Source: an uncultured Spirochaetota bacterium
GTDB taxonomy: Bacteria; Spirochaetota; Brevinematia; Brevinematales; JAOACQ01
DNA length: 64,000 nt
Reading direction: 5' to 3'
Assembly: GCA_963768055.1 (NCBI GenBank)
Contig: CAVYGN010000001.1
Span: 1,312,001 to 1,376,000, forward strand
The notes under the pieces were generated by a model. It was not told the DNA's origin and ran no database searches. It saw nothing but the letters and a program-made list of their open reading frames with translations. Of this stretch, positions 1-10,825 are shown one piece after another (within the stretch, counting starts at the first letter, position 1; every line of letters begins with the position of its first letter). A program made the translations under genes and the position numbers.

Positions 1-1073
1 CCAACATCTTTATTAGGCGCATCGGGAAATTTATTTATTATTCGAACTAATTTTGGGTTTCTCGCAAACTGTTCAGTTAATATATTTTCTTCTGTTATAT
101 GCCCAGGCAATTTCCCTGGGCTTTCAATTTCAATACGATTATCAAATATCCTTATCTGAATATCTGAAATAATATTATAATCCCGATGTAATACAGCGTT
201 CGTTATTATTTCATGTAAAGCTTCTTCAGGATAATTAATTGTTATAAGTCCTACTGGGGTCAATTTTTTTATTTCTTCTATGATCTCTTTACATTTATCA
301 ACTGCTGTATATATTTGTCTAATAGCACAACCTTCAATAGAAATTGGATCAAATACAAGCATATCTCTTTCGGCATCACTTTTAGTTTGATATCTTAATA
401 TTTTAATACCTGACCTTTTAGGTATAATCGCCTGTGGCTCATCAGCAAACAATAAAACACTTGCAACAATTGGTAAATCATTTTTAATTAGTTGCTGTTT
501 TTTTAACCAATCAATTGGGTTTACATTTAAACCGGTCTCAATTATAAATTCAGTTATTGCATATGAATCCGAAATCGAACTAATATCACACTGTATGGTT
601 GAATCTTCAAATGAAAATAAACCTTTTTCATATTCTAATCTTTTCAGGGCTTCGATACCTTCGACAGGTAAATTTTGAGCTGATTTTCTTATATATACTT
701 TTCCATTTGTCGCTTTAATTGTATTAACTGTTTTATGTATTGTTAAATGTAAAATAATTCCATGATTATTATCATTTTTTAAATATTCATAATCATAAAG
801 TCCACCAATATTTGACAATGATTCAAGTGTTTGAGTTATTGAATTTAAACTTTCAATATCTTCAAAACCATTCCATTTCCTTTCTTTTCCTTTATTACCA
901 ATAACTTCTTCGATGCCTATATAAATTTCACCACCATAGCTATTTGCAAGAGCCGATACTGTATTAGTCAATTTACTTGGGACAATCTCAATGCTTTTAA
1001 TGTCAATAAAGTCACTTTCTTCAATTTTCATTAACTTTTCAACATTTTCATCACTGACTTTTATTACTATCAT
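1..1073 (-). CDS. AlbA_2 (Schlafen-like) domain + HATPase_c_4 ATP-binding protein, runs off the window edge
   Basis: Manual translation from ATG at 1073 (GGAGG RBS upstream): MIVIKVSDENVEKLMKIEESDFIDIKS...VSALANSYGGEIYIGIEE (AlbA_2 motif)...EALHEIITNAVLHRDY...IFDNRIEIESPGKLP...RNPKL. Open to base 1, AT-rich, absent from the ORF track. Confidence 0.85.
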   Translation of the reverse strand, partial: MIVIKVSDENVEKLMKIEESDFIDIKSIEIVPSKLTNTVSALANSYGGEIYIGIEEVIGNKGKERKWNGFEDIESLNSITQTLESLSNIGGLYDYEYLKNDNNHGIILHLTIHKTVNTIKATNGKVYIRKSAQNLPVEGIEALKRLEYEKGLFSFEDSTIQCDISSISDSYAITEFIIETGLNVNPIDWLKKQQLIKNDLPIVASVLLFADEPQAIIPKRSGIKILRYQTKSDAERDMLVFDPISIEGCAIRQIYTAVDKCKEIIEEIKKLTPVGLITINYPEEALHEIITNAVLHRDYNIISDIQIRIFDNRIEIESPGKLPGHITEENILTEQFARNPKLVRIINKFPDAPNKDV

Positions 1074-1370
1074 ATTTGCCTCCTTCGTTTTTTAGCCATT
1101 ATTTTTTCTCCCGGGCAAGGTCAAAGATTAATATAATAGTGGAAATTCATTAATCATTTTCAAAAAACAGCTTTGATTTTAATCTATCTCGGCCGAAACC
1201 TCAATTTAATCAAGGATCATCGGCGAATTACCCCATCCATGGAAATCATCCTGCCAATTTACACAGCCAAGGCCCAAGGTGGTAGGATTGAGTCAGAAAA
1301 CTTGGCCTTCTCCCGGAAGATAAAAACGGAATATGAGAAGGCTATCAGCGATGATATTTAAGTACCTCTT

Positions 1371-1922
1371 TTATTTACGCGGATCTTTTTCTCTTCCACG
1401 ACACAATACAACTACTATAAAGCAAATAATAAATACAATAATAAACAGGGGAATAAAATCGTGGCAGTTATTAAAAATTGAAAACTTATCACAAACCGTA
1501 TATAAAAAAAGTACAACCCATAATAGAAAGATAAATAATGACAAGATTAAGTTAATTTTAGCAACATCAAAAGGGAAAATTTCTAATGGACAGAAAATTT
1601 TAATTAACTCTTTGTTAAAAGGGAAATCAGTATATATTTCATAAGCAGATTTAATAGCTTTTATTTTATCTATCCAATATTCATTCCAATATTGGCTACC
1701 TCGATTTACCAAATACCAACTAAAACTAAAAATAATTCCTAAAGACTCAATTAATAACTTCAAATGAATATGATCATTTCCTTTATTTAGAATTAAAAAA
1801 TAACCCGCAAAAATAGCACCAACAAAAGTCCAAAAGTAAGTCGCTCTTTTCCAATATAATTCAACTTCATCTTCTTGAGATTTAAGCAAATATTTAATGT
1901 AATCATCTTCTTTTAAAGACAT
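1371..1922 (-). CDS. Small multi-TM membrane protein, resembles RipA-family octameric membrane proteins
   Basis: 183 aa, about 4 hydrophobic helices, ELYWKRATYFWTFVGAIFAGY and WYLVNRGSQYW motifs, GAGG RBS; family recalled, not searched. Confidence 0.6.
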   Translation of the reverse strand: MSLKEDDYIKYLLKSQEDEVELYWKRATYFWTFVGAIFAGYFLILNKGNDHIHLKLLIESLGIIFSFSWYLVNRGSQYWNEYWIDKIKAIKSAYEIYTDFPFNKELIKIFCPLEIFPFDVAKINLILSLFIFLLWVVLFLYTVCDKFSIFNNCHDFIPLFIIVFIICFIVVVLCRGREKDPRK

Positions 1923-2096
1923 AAATTAAACCTCTCTTATAACAATTAATCTATGCCTCATTATAAATCGTTAATGGTTAGCTGTCAATCGGAAAATCAA
2001 AAAACACAGGTCAATAATGAAAGGTATGGACACCACTACAGACAGCAAAACAGCATTTAAAAAGTCCGAAATATCAGATTAAGGTTCCCTTCATCT

Positions 2097-2339
2097 GTGA
2101 TTAAGGAAAATGGTATATATTTCTGCAGGGAATTTCGGGAACGTACCGGGAAATCCTTGTTTGAATTCATCAATTCAGTTCGTATTGAAAAAGCCTGCCT
2201 TTTACTTAAAAAGACTAACCGGTCTATCATTGACATCGCATTTGAAACGGGCTACCAGAACCTGTCTTTCTTTAACTGCTATTTCAGAAAACTTATGAAA
2301 ATGTCCCCCCGGGAATACAGGGAGTATATTCAGAGTTAG
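2097..2339 (+). pseudogene. AraC-family regulator, C-terminal HTH fragment only
   Basis: YFCREFRERTGKS...RIEKACLLL...IIDIAFETGYQNLSFFNCYFRKLMKMSPREYR; first HTH incomplete, no ligand-binding domain. Confidence 0.7.
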
Positions 2340-2427
2340 ACCCTACCGGACCCTTTGACTATCGTAAGATTGAAGAATTTAACTTTTCATTCTATAATAA
2401 TCAGATTGAATACTATCGGAGAGGATT

Positions 2428-3447
2428 ATGCGAATTTTGACCGGAATGCAGCCCACTGGCTATCTTCATCTAGGCAATTACTTCGGCACATTGAAAAAAA
2501 TGGTAAATCTTCAGAACGACCGGGTAAAAAAATCTGAAACCTATTATTTTATCGCGGATCTGCATTCGATGACATCGAACCAGGGGACATATAAAACAGA
2601 AACCAGGGATTATATATTCAATATGGTCGTCGACTGGCTTACTTCGGGGATCGACCCTGAAAAATCCGTGCTGTTCCTTCAATCGGATATCCCGGAGCAT
2701 GTGGAACTTTACTCCATTCTTTCGACAGTAACGCCTATATCATGGCTCGAAAGAAATCCGACCTATAAGGAAAAGATGGACGAAATCGAGGGCAAGGAAC
2801 TTGATAATCTCGGATTTTTAGGTTATCCGGTGCTTCAAGCCGCGGATATAGCCCTTTACATGGCCGATTCCGTTCCGGTAGGCAAGGACCAGCTGCCTCA
2901 CCTCGAGATAAGCCGGGAGATAATCAGGCGTTTCAATAATATATACGGCGAGGGAACTCTTGTCGAACCCCAGCCGATACTCTCGACCGTATCAAAGCTC
3001 AACGGTCTTGACGGAAGAAAGATGAGCAAATCTTATAATAATGCGATCTTCCTCCGCGATGATGAAGAAACGGTAAAAAGCAAGATCATGTCTATGATTA
3101 CGGATGTCAAAAGGGCTTACAGGAAAGACCCGGGACATCCCGATGAATGCAATCTTTTCCCCTATTACGCGGCATTCGGCTGCGATAAGGATTACATAGA
3201 AAAAATAAGAAAAGACTGCGAATCCGCGGCCCTTGGATGCGTCGACGATAAGAAGAACCTTATCGCTTTGCTCTCAGATTATTTTTCCGATTACAGGAAA
3301 AAAAGAGCCATTATAGCCGGAGACAAGGATTCAATTTACGATATACTTAAGAACGGGGCCGGCAGGGCCCGCGAAACGGCAAGAAAGACAATGGAAAAAG
3401 TAAGAGAGGCTGTAGGCCTTTCTTCCAAAATACGCTACGGGAGTTGA
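2428..3447 (+). CDS. trpS: Tryptophan--tRNA ligase
   Basis: TGMQPTG, HLGN (HIGH), VPVGKDQ, KMSKS motifs; GGAGAGG RBS. Confidence 0.97.
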   Translation: MRILTGMQPTGYLHLGNYFGTLKKMVNLQNDRVKKSETYYFIADLHSMTSNQGTYKTETRDYIFNMVVDWLTSGIDPEKSVLFLQSDIPEHVELYSILSTVTPISWLERNPTYKEKMDEIEGKELDNLGFLGYPVLQAADIALYMADSVPVGKDQLPHLEISREIIRRFNNIYGEGTLVEPQPILSTVSKLNGLDGRKMSKSYNNAIFLRDDEETVKSKIMSMITDVKRAYRKDPGHPDECNLFPYYAAFGCDKDYIEKIRKDCESAALGCVDDKKNLIALLSDYFSDYRKKRAIIAGDKDSIYDILKNGAGRARETARKTMEKVREAVGLSSKIRYGS

Positions 3448-3448
3448 T

Positions 3449-4195
3449 ATGCTCGGCGTAATGAGAAGGGGATGTTCACTAACTCTCCGTAATTTCGAAG
3501 GACCCCTTGACCTTCTTCTTGACCTGATCCAGAGTGAAAAAATGGATGTCACTCAAATATCCCTTTCAAGTATTACAGATCAGTACCTGCTTTATATAAA
3601 GGCTTTGCAGCTGTTCAATATAGATATAGCTTCCGAGTTTTTCCTCATAGCCGCCACTCTTGTATTTATTAAAACAAAAAGGCTCCTTCCGGGATGCAGG
3701 GATGATAATATGGAAGACCTGCTGGATGAAAAGGAGCTTATTGATAAATTAAAGGAATATAAAAAATTCAAATATCTTGCACGCTCGCTCTGGTGGCTTA
3801 AGGAAGAAGGCGATATATACTATTCGCGTGATTTCACTTTAAATTATCCCGCCGGCGCGGCAGCCGTCCGAATAACAGAGAATATAGACAAGGTGACGAT
3901 CGGAGACCTGATAATGGTTTTAATGCGGTATAAAGGAGCGATCATAAGGAAGCCAATTCCAATTAAAAGAAAAGAAATCAGCGTTGAAGAAAAAATGACA
4001 AAGATCCTGAATATGCTCTCCGTTAAAAAAATCGTGAAATTCAGTGAAATCGCCCGTAATGACAATACGAAGATAGACAGGGTCGCTTCGTTTCTCGGGG
4101 GATTGGAGCTCAGTTTCAGGCAAAGAGTGCTTTTAAAACAACTTGCTCTCTTCACGGATATCGAGATTACAAAAAAAGAAACGGAATTGATATAA
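3449..4195 (+). CDS. scpA: Segregation and condensation protein A
   Basis: NFEGPLDLLLDLI, ITDQYL, ASEFFLIAATLVFIK; next to scpB. Confidence 0.93.
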   Translation: MLGVMRRGCSLTLRNFEGPLDLLLDLIQSEKMDVTQISLSSITDQYLLYIKALQLFNIDIASEFFLIAATLVFIKTKRLLPGCRDDNMEDLLDEKELIDKLKEYKKFKYLARSLWWLKEEGDIYYSRDFTLNYPAGAAAVRITENIDKVTIGDLIMVLMRYKGAIIRKPIPIKRKEISVEEKMTKILNMLSVKKIVKFSEIARNDNTKIDRVASFLGGLELSFRQRVLLKQLALFTDIEITKKETELI

Positions 4196-4208
4196 AGAGG
4201 ATCCTGCA

Positions 4209-4856
4209 ATGAATAATTCTTTGTTTATCAATAAAACTTACTCCAGGAGTGAATTGAAGGGCTTGTTCGAGGCTATCTTATTTGTAAGGGGAAAATCCGT
4301 CCCGATTGACGAACTCCAAAAGATTTTCGAATCGGCAAAAGACGATGTACTTTCAATTATCAATGAGTTAAACAACGATTATTCAACAAGGAAAAACGGC
4401 TTTTATATCATACCTGTGGCAGGCGGTTATCAGTTGGTTTCCAACCCTTGCTACCGTGAGGAATTGGAAGAATTATTCGGTAAAAGGAACGAAAATGTCC
4501 TTCCCAAAAGCTGTCTGGAAACTTTGGCCATAATCGCTTACAAACAGCCGATCTCCAAGGATGAAGTCGATAAGATCAGAGGCGTTTCAAGCACGAGGAG
4601 CGTAAATACACTCATAGCCCTGAAACTTATTACTATCACCGGAAGCGCCGATGATATCGTCAAATCGCCTGTTTATTCCACAACCGAAAGATTTCTTGAG
4701 TTTTTCCGGATCAAAAGCCTTGAAGACCTGCCTTCTCCCGAAAGTATAGAATTCAGTAAAATTATAGAAAATTCCGATGCTTTTTTTGACGATGATGAGG
4801 AAGATGATGAAGAGGATAATAAAGAAACGAACCATATACCCTTTGAAGTTAAATAA
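4209..4856 (+). CDS. scpB: SMC-Scp complex subunit ScpB
   Basis: EAILF, VAGGYQL, LETLAIIAYKQPI, IRGVSS, YSTTERFLEFF. Confidence 0.95.
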   Translation: MNNSLFINKTYSRSELKGLFEAILFVRGKSVPIDELQKIFESAKDDVLSIINELNNDYSTRKNGFYIIPVAGGYQLVSNPCYREELEELFGKRNENVLPKSCLETLAIIAYKQPISKDEVDKIRGVSSTRSVNTLIALKLITITGSADDIVKSPVYSTTERFLEFFRIKSLEDLPSPESIEFSKIIENSDAFFDDDEEDDEEDNKETNHIPFEVK

Positions 4857-4876
4857 TTTCAAAGAATGGAGGATTT

Positions 4877-5965
4877 ATGCCGGGTGACATCAACGAAATC
4901 AATTTAAAAGAACTGAGGAAAAAAATCGACCAGATTGACATAAATATAGTCGAGTTTCTCGATGAAAGGGCTAAAATTGTTAAAGAAATCGGTGAATACA
5001 AAAAAGCGAACAATATCCCTATCTACCAGCCTGAGAGGGAAAAAGAGGTCAAAGCCCTTGTAATTTCCAAATCAAAAAAAGAGTTTCCTGTTGCAGCCCT
5101 CCTTCAAATTTTTACCGAGATCGTTTCCGCCGCAAGGGCTCTCGAGAAGCCTATCGTTGTAGCATATTTAGGACCTGAAGGGTCTTTTACAGAACAGGCT
5201 GTCTGGAAACATTTCGGAAGTTCTGTAATCATGAAACCGATAGCCTCAGTTGCCGATATTTTCCGTGAGGTTGAAAACGGGAAAATGGATTATGGCGTCG
5301 TTGCAATTGAAAACTCTCTTGACGGTTCGGTTAAGGAAACGCTGGATGAGTTCATCGATTCTCCTCTCAAAGTGCTGGGCGAAGAGTTCCTTACCATCCA
5401 TCAAAATTTGATGGCCAATGTTAATACGATTTCAGAGATAAAACGTATCTATTCCCATCCCCAATCTTTCGGCCAGTGCAGGACATGGCTTGAAACGAAC
5501 ATGCCGAATGTCGAAAAGATCGAGGTATCGAGCAATTCTAAAGCCGCAAGCATGGTACCATGGGAAAAATTTTCTGCGGCTATAGCGGGAAAGCTGGCTG
5601 CGGAGAAATATTCACTTAATATCCTTACTGAAAATATTGAAGACAATCCCGAAAATTTCACCCGTTTCTGGATAATCGGGAGCAATATACATGAATTTCT
5701 TAATCCCGAAAAAACATCCGTTCTCGTGTCTGTGAAAGACAGCCCAGGTGCGCTGCTTAAGCTGTTATCGCCTTTCCAGATGTTTAATATCAATCTGTCG
5801 AAAATTGAGTCGAGGCCGTCCAAGAGAAGACCCTGGGACTACCTTTTCTTTATCGATCTGGACGGCGGCATAGAGAATCCCGATGTTCAAAAAGCGCTTG
5901 AAAGGGTAAAAGAACAGTCCGTTTTCCTTAAGGTTCTTGGTTCATATTCCAAAGGGATCCTTTAA
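4877..5965 (+). CDS. pheA: Chorismate mutase/prephenate dehydratase (P-protein)
   Basis: LRKKIDQID...R (CM domain), AYLGPEGSFT, SHPQS, NFTRF, ACT domain with INLSKIESRPS. Confidence 0.95.
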   Translation: MPGDINEINLKELRKKIDQIDINIVEFLDERAKIVKEIGEYKKANNIPIYQPEREKEVKALVISKSKKEFPVAALLQIFTEIVSAARALEKPIVVAYLGPEGSFTEQAVWKHFGSSVIMKPIASVADIFREVENGKMDYGVVAIENSLDGSVKETLDEFIDSPLKVLGEEFLTIHQNLMANVNTISEIKRIYSHPQSFGQCRTWLETNMPNVEKIEVSSNSKAASMVPWEKFSAAIAGKLAAEKYSLNILTENIEDNPENFTRFWIIGSNIHEFLNPEKTSVLVSVKDSPGALLKLLSPFQMFNINLSKIESRPSKRRPWDYLFFIDLDGGIENPDVQKALERVKEQSVFLKVLGSYSKGIL

Positions 5966-7590
5966 TGGCTGAAGGAAAAAATATTCCAGGTTACTGGCTG
6001 CTTGTGCTTCATTCTCATCTTCCATTTGTAAGGCATCCGGAATATAATGATTCCCTTGAGGAAAGATGGCTTTATGAAGCTATACTGGAAACCTATATTC
6101 CGCTTTTGGATGTACTTGAAAGACTTTATGATGAAGGGATAGATTTTAAGTTGACAGTTTCCCTAACCCCTCCCCTTTGCGCTATGCTTTCCGACCCTCT
6201 GCTACAGAACAGGGCGTTAAGGTATATTGAGAAAATGCTCGAACTCGCGGAAAAGGAGAAAGTTCGCACAAAGGATTTACCGGAATATAACAGGACCGCT
6301 AATATGTATCTCGAAAGGTTCAAAACAGCGAGGGAAATCTTTGCCGGACGCTACAGCAAAAATATCCTTAACGGTTTTAAAAAATTTCAGGATATCGGCA
6401 ATATCGAGATCATTACATCGAGCGCCACACATGGCTACCTGCCTTTAATGAGCGCCCACCCTGAGGCTGTCAGGGGACAGGTTCTCACGGGGATAAAGGA
6501 TTATGAAAGATATTTCGGTAAAAAACCTTCCGGTATCTGGAACAGCGAATGCGGATATTATCCCGGACTTGAGAATATTCTTAAAGAAGGAGAAATTCGG
6601 TATTTTTTTGTCGACACGCATGGAATGCTATATGCGGATAATTATCCTAAATACGGCGTATTCGCTCCGTTATCAACTAAAAACAACATAGCGTATTTCG
6701 GCAGGGATACCGAAACATCGCATTCAGTATGGAGCGCAAAGGAAGGTTATCCGGGAGACCCGAATTACCGCGAGTTTTACCGGGACATAGGTTTCGATCT
6801 CGATTATGATTATATTAAACCATATATTCATGAAAGCGGGTTGCGAATTTCCACCGGTTTCAAATATCATAAAATAACAGGCGTGACCGTTCCGATGGAA
6901 AACAAACAGCCTTACGATCCTCTTAAAGCTTCCAAAAAAGCAGTTGAGGATGCTATTCATTTCGTATTCAGAAGAGAGGAACAGATCGCAAGCCTGAGAG
7001 TAAAAATGGACAGAGAGCCTGTTATAGTTTCCCTTTACGATTCCGAATTATTCGGACACTGGTGGTATGAAGGCCCGGAATTTATATATAATTGCCTGAA
7101 ACTGATGAACGGCAGCAAAACTATCAGGAGTATAACGGCTTCTGAATATCTTGAAAAATTTCCATCCAGCCAGGTTGCAACCCCGCCGATGTCCAGCTGG
7201 GGTTATAAAGGATACAACGAATTCTGGCTTAATGAGGCCAATGACTGGATTTACTTCCACTTAGACGACATGACGGAAAATATGATAAAATTGGCTGACA
7301 AAGACAAAAATAATATTACGGCCCTGGAGAAGAGAGCCCTTAACCAGGCTGCGAGGGAGCTTTTACTGGCTCAATCGTCAGACTGGGCTTTTATTATGAA
7401 GACCAATACGATGGCTCAATACGCAGCGCGCAGGACAAGAGAACATATATGCCGTTTTAATAAACTTTATTCGATGATAAATTCCGATAATATAGATGAT
7501 GAGTGGCTGGCATGGCTGGAAGAAAGGGATAATATATTTCCACTAATTGATTACAGGGTATACAGGCGGGACCGGGGGCATAATGGTTGA
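5965..7590 (+). CDS. GH57 1,4-alpha-glucan branching enzyme (DUF1957 type)
   Basis: LVLHSHLPFVRHP, EAILETYIPL, ATHGYLPL, ECGY, DSELFGHWWYEGP, RELLLAQSSDW. Confidence 0.92.
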   Translation: MAEGKNIPGYWLLVLHSHLPFVRHPEYNDSLEERWLYEAILETYIPLLDVLERLYDEGIDFKLTVSLTPPLCAMLSDPLLQNRALRYIEKMLELAEKEKVRTKDLPEYNRTANMYLERFKTAREIFAGRYSKNILNGFKKFQDIGNIEIITSSATHGYLPLMSAHPEAVRGQVLTGIKDYERYFGKKPSGIWNSECGYYPGLENILKEGEIRYFFVDTHGMLYADNYPKYGVFAPLSTKNNIAYFGRDTETSHSVWSAKEGYPGDPNYREFYRDIGFDLDYDYIKPYIHESGLRISTGFKYHKITGVTVPMENKQPYDPLKASKKAVEDAIHFVFRREEQIASLRVKMDREPVIVSLYDSELFGHWWYEGPEFIYNCLKLMNGSKTIRSITASEYLEKFPSSQVATPPMSSWGYKGYNEFWLNEANDWIYFHLDDMTENMIKLADKDKNNITALEKRALNQAARELLLAQSSDWAFIMKTNTMAQYAARRTREHICRFNKLYSMINSDNIDDEWLAWLEERDNIFPLIDYRVYRRDRGHNG

Positions 7591-9637
7591 AAAAAATTGG
7601 AAATCATTTGACACCGCCATTCTTTATGTCGAAGATGACGAGGATACAAGAAACGGCGTCGCCGAGTTTCTAAACCTTAAAATCAACAGGGTATACGTTG
7701 CAGCAAATGGACTTGAAGGAATCGAGTGCTACAAAAAATACCATCCGGAAATTATAATCACCGATATAAAAATGCCTGTAATGAACGGCCTTGAAATGAT
7801 AAAACAGATAAAATCGATAAACCCCGAGGTTGCTTTTATAATAATAACGGCTTATAACGAAAGCCAGTTTCTCCTTGACACGATAGAACTAGGTGTCAAT
7901 CATTTCCTGCTAAAGCCTATCAATGAGAAAAAACTCCTGGTCTCTATTGAAAGCTGTATGAAAGTATTTACTCTTGAACAGGAGTTTAACAATATCACCA
8001 AAATGCTTTCTGAATATAAAAAAGCCATAGATTCTTCGAATATAGTTTGTAAATTCAATTCGAAAGGCATCATAACTTATGCGAACAATTCTTTTTACCG
8101 TATATGCTGTTCCGGTCCGGAACAAGTGATAGGGAAACCTTATCTAAGTGTAATCAGCCATGAAACCAGCCTTGAAAAAATAAAGAATATCATTAAGGTT
8201 TCTTCCCGAAATAATATCTGGACCGGGGAAATAAAAGGCAAAACTTTTACAAATAATGTTTACTATCTCAATATGACTGTCATACCTATCAGGAACGCAT
8301 ATTACAAGATCGAAGAATTCATGAGCATCGGCAATGAGATAACTGAATTGATTGAAAAAAGAGAGGAGCTCATAAAGCAGTTATATATTGACAGGCTGAC
8401 GGGTTTTCCTAACAGGAGAAAACTGCTCGAGGATGTCGAAAAAACCAAATACCCCATACTTATTATAATAAACATAGATTCTTTCCAGGAAATCAACGAT
8501 TTCTACGGTAATGATATCGGGGATTTTTTAATACAGGAAATGGGATTAAGGCTTAAGAACGTACTCCCGTCGGATGATTACAGCCTTTATAAGATGCCGG
8601 CAGACGAATACGCGATACTCTTTGACAAGGATATCTGCCGGGATGAGTTTGAACAGATGATCCAGGTCCTTATGAAACTCTTCCGCGAGGAAATAAGTGA
8701 AAAGGATTTTGTTTATCATGGAATTATAGTGCATATTACCATAGCTATAGGCATCGCTATGGGCAGTGAGATAGATCCGGTTAAAAATATTGAAGGAAAA
8801 TGGCATAACCTTGCCCTGAACGCCGATATGGCGCTTAAAAAAGCGAAAAGACTTCAAAAAAACTATATCATCTTCAATGAATCGATGCAGATTTCCAAGG
8901 AATATGAATATAATATAAGCTGGGCAAAAAAACTGAAGGATTCAATAAGAAGCGACAATATAGTCCCCTATTTCCAGCCGATCCTTAACAATCATACTAA
9001 TAAAATTGAAAAATACGAATGCCTGGTAAGAATGATAGACATCGACGGTAAAGTTCATTCCCCGCTCTTATTTCTGGATATGGCTAAAAAATCAAAATTA
9101 TATCACGATATAACAAAAATCATGATAATTAAATCGATAGAAAGGTTCACCGATAAAAATTATGAGTTCTCAATAAATCTTTCCGTCGATGATATACTGG
9201 ATGAAGAAACGAATACTTACATAATAAAGAAGCTTAAAGAGAACGACCGCACCGCCTCGAGATTGGTATTTGAAATACTTGAGTCTGAAGGTATAGAAAA
9301 TTATACGCAGGTCAAATCTTTTATCGATGAAATCAAACAGTATCAATGCAAAATAGCAATTGACGATTTCGGAACAGGTTATTCGAACTTTTCCCACATT
9401 CTACAGCTTAACGTGGATTATATTAAAATAGACGCATCCCTGACCAGATACATTCATCAGGATAAAAACTCTCAGATCATTACCCAGACTATTGTCGATT
9501 TTACAAAAAAATTGAATATTAAAACTATCGCGGAATTCGTCCATTCAAAGGAAGTTTTTGATAAGGTATGTGAAATCGGAGTTGATTATTCTCAGGGATA
9601 TTATTTCGGCGAGCCGAAAAGTACATTATTGCCTTAA
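7583..9637 (+). CDS. REC-PAS-degenerate GGDEF-EAL protein, likely c-di-GMP phosphodiesterase
   Basis: LYVEDD...TDIKMP receiver; GGDEF replaced by PADEY; ECLVR and DDFGTGYSN in EAL; ATG 7583 preferred over 7547. Confidence 0.9.
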   Translation: MVEKNWKSFDTAILYVEDDEDTRNGVAEFLNLKINRVYVAANGLEGIECYKKYHPEIIITDIKMPVMNGLEMIKQIKSINPEVAFIIITAYNESQFLLDTIELGVNHFLLKPINEKKLLVSIESCMKVFTLEQEFNNITKMLSEYKKAIDSSNIVCKFNSKGIITYANNSFYRICCSGPEQVIGKPYLSVISHETSLEKIKNIIKVSSRNNIWTGEIKGKTFTNNVYYLNMTVIPIRNAYYKIEEFMSIGNEITELIEKREELIKQLYIDRLTGFPNRRKLLEDVEKTKYPILIIINIDSFQEINDFYGNDIGDFLIQEMGLRLKNVLPSDDYSLYKMPADEYAILFDKDICRDEFEQMIQVLMKLFREEISEKDFVYHGIIVHITIAIGIAMGSEIDPVKNIEGKWHNLALNADMALKKAKRLQKNYIIFNESMQISKEYEYNISWAKKLKDSIRSDNIVPYFQPILNNHTNKIEKYECLVRMIDIDGKVHSPLLFLDMAKKSKLYHDITKIMIIKSIERFTDKNYEFSINLSVDDILDEETNTYIIKKLKENDRTASRLVFEILESEGIENYTQVKSFIDEIKQYQCKIAIDDFGTGYSNFSHILQLNVDYIKIDASLTRYIHQDKNSQIITQTIVDFTKKLNIKTIAEFVHSKEVFDKVCEIGVDYSQGYYFGEPKSTLLP

Positions 9638-9648
9638 AGGTATAAGCG

Positions 9649-10818
9649 ATGAAAAAAAGCCGGACCGACTCAAATCCCGCGCTGAAAAAAGCGCTGGAGC
9701 TCTTTAAAAAAAAGGGAAACTCGCAGGATTACAAACGCTTAATTGAGATTTTAGACACCTACATCGAACTTCATCCGGAGGACCTGCTTGCTCAAAAACT
9801 GATCTCTTTTTCACTTATAGAAATAAAATCATTCGAGGAGGCTTATCTCTATTTTAAAAGGATCTGTCAGTCGGCGCCTGATGAAACCGATGTCCTTAAT
9901 GCGCTTGCATGGCTGGGATTGATGGAAGGCAGGACCGAAGAATCCATTAACCACTTACTGGACGCTATTTATATTGATAAAGATAATCCCCAGCTTAAGA
10001 AAAACCTTGAAAAGCTCAAGAATATCAAAGACCCGAAGGTTTTTTTCAAAATGTCCAGGCCAAGAGATTTTTTATTTGTCAATCTGCCGAAAGAAAACCT
10101 CCTTGAAACGATTCAAAACAGGATAACGGACATCCTTTCATTCCCCATGATAAGGTCTGCGATTTTAATCGGCGCTGTTATACTTGCCGGGTTTGTTATT
10201 TATTATAATTATCCCGGGATTATCAATATCATAGAGGATTACCGGTTTAAAAAAGGGCTCGGCCAGGGACGCGTCACGCATGTCACAATCCAGGATATCA
10301 ATAAGATCATAGATGAAAGAAAACAATACAATATTAAGCTTTCCGAAGCTGATATAAAGAAAAAATTTCAGCTTGTAAGCGATTATATTGAGCAGAAGAA
10401 AAGAAATCAGGCAATGATGCTTATCAACGAGCTTCTCAACTCTAATGCAAGCGATTATATTAAAGAGAGGGTCCTTGTCCTTAAAGAAGTCATGCCGGAC
10501 ATTGATCTGAACAGAATTGATTACCTTCCTTCAGTTCAGGAGGTAAACAGGATTCCATTCTTATACCAGGATGTATATATCCGCTGGTATGGAACTGTGG
10601 CAAATCTCGAGCATAAAGAAAGAAAAGAGACTGTCTTCGATCTTCTTATTGATTTCGTTGAGAACGCTGTCGTTGCAGGCATTGCCGAGTCTCACTTCGA
10701 TGGATTCCAGAATGTCGCCAGCGGCGAAAAAGTGGCGGTTATCGGTCTTGTAACCGGCATAACACTGGATAACAAGATAATTGTAAAGGGCGTTCAAATT
10801 CAAAGATTGGAAAAATAA
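9649..10818 (+). CDS. TPR-containing membrane protein with possible C-terminal OB-like domain
   Basis: N-terminal TPR-like helices, one central TM segment, beta-rich C-terminus. Confidence 0.6.
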   Translation: MKKSRTDSNPALKKALELFKKKGNSQDYKRLIEILDTYIELHPEDLLAQKLISFSLIEIKSFEEAYLYFKRICQSAPDETDVLNALAWLGLMEGRTEESINHLLDAIYIDKDNPQLKKNLEKLKNIKDPKVFFKMSRPRDFLFVNLPKENLLETIQNRITDILSFPMIRSAILIGAVILAGFVIYYNYPGIINIIEDYRFKKGLGQGRVTHVTIQDINKIIDERKQYNIKLSEADIKKKFQLVSDYIEQKKRNQAMMLINELLNSNASDYIKERVLVLKEVMPDIDLNRIDYLPSVQEVNRIPFLYQDVYIRWYGTVANLEHKERKETVFDLLIDFVENAVVAGIAESHFDGFQNVASGEKVAVIGLVTGITLDNKIIVKGVQIQRLEK

Positions 10819-10825
10819 AACTCAA

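Noticed and set aside
1173..1361. 62-aa ORF, possible toxin fragment
   Set aside because: TTG start with no RBS and no convincing motif; cannot be supported.
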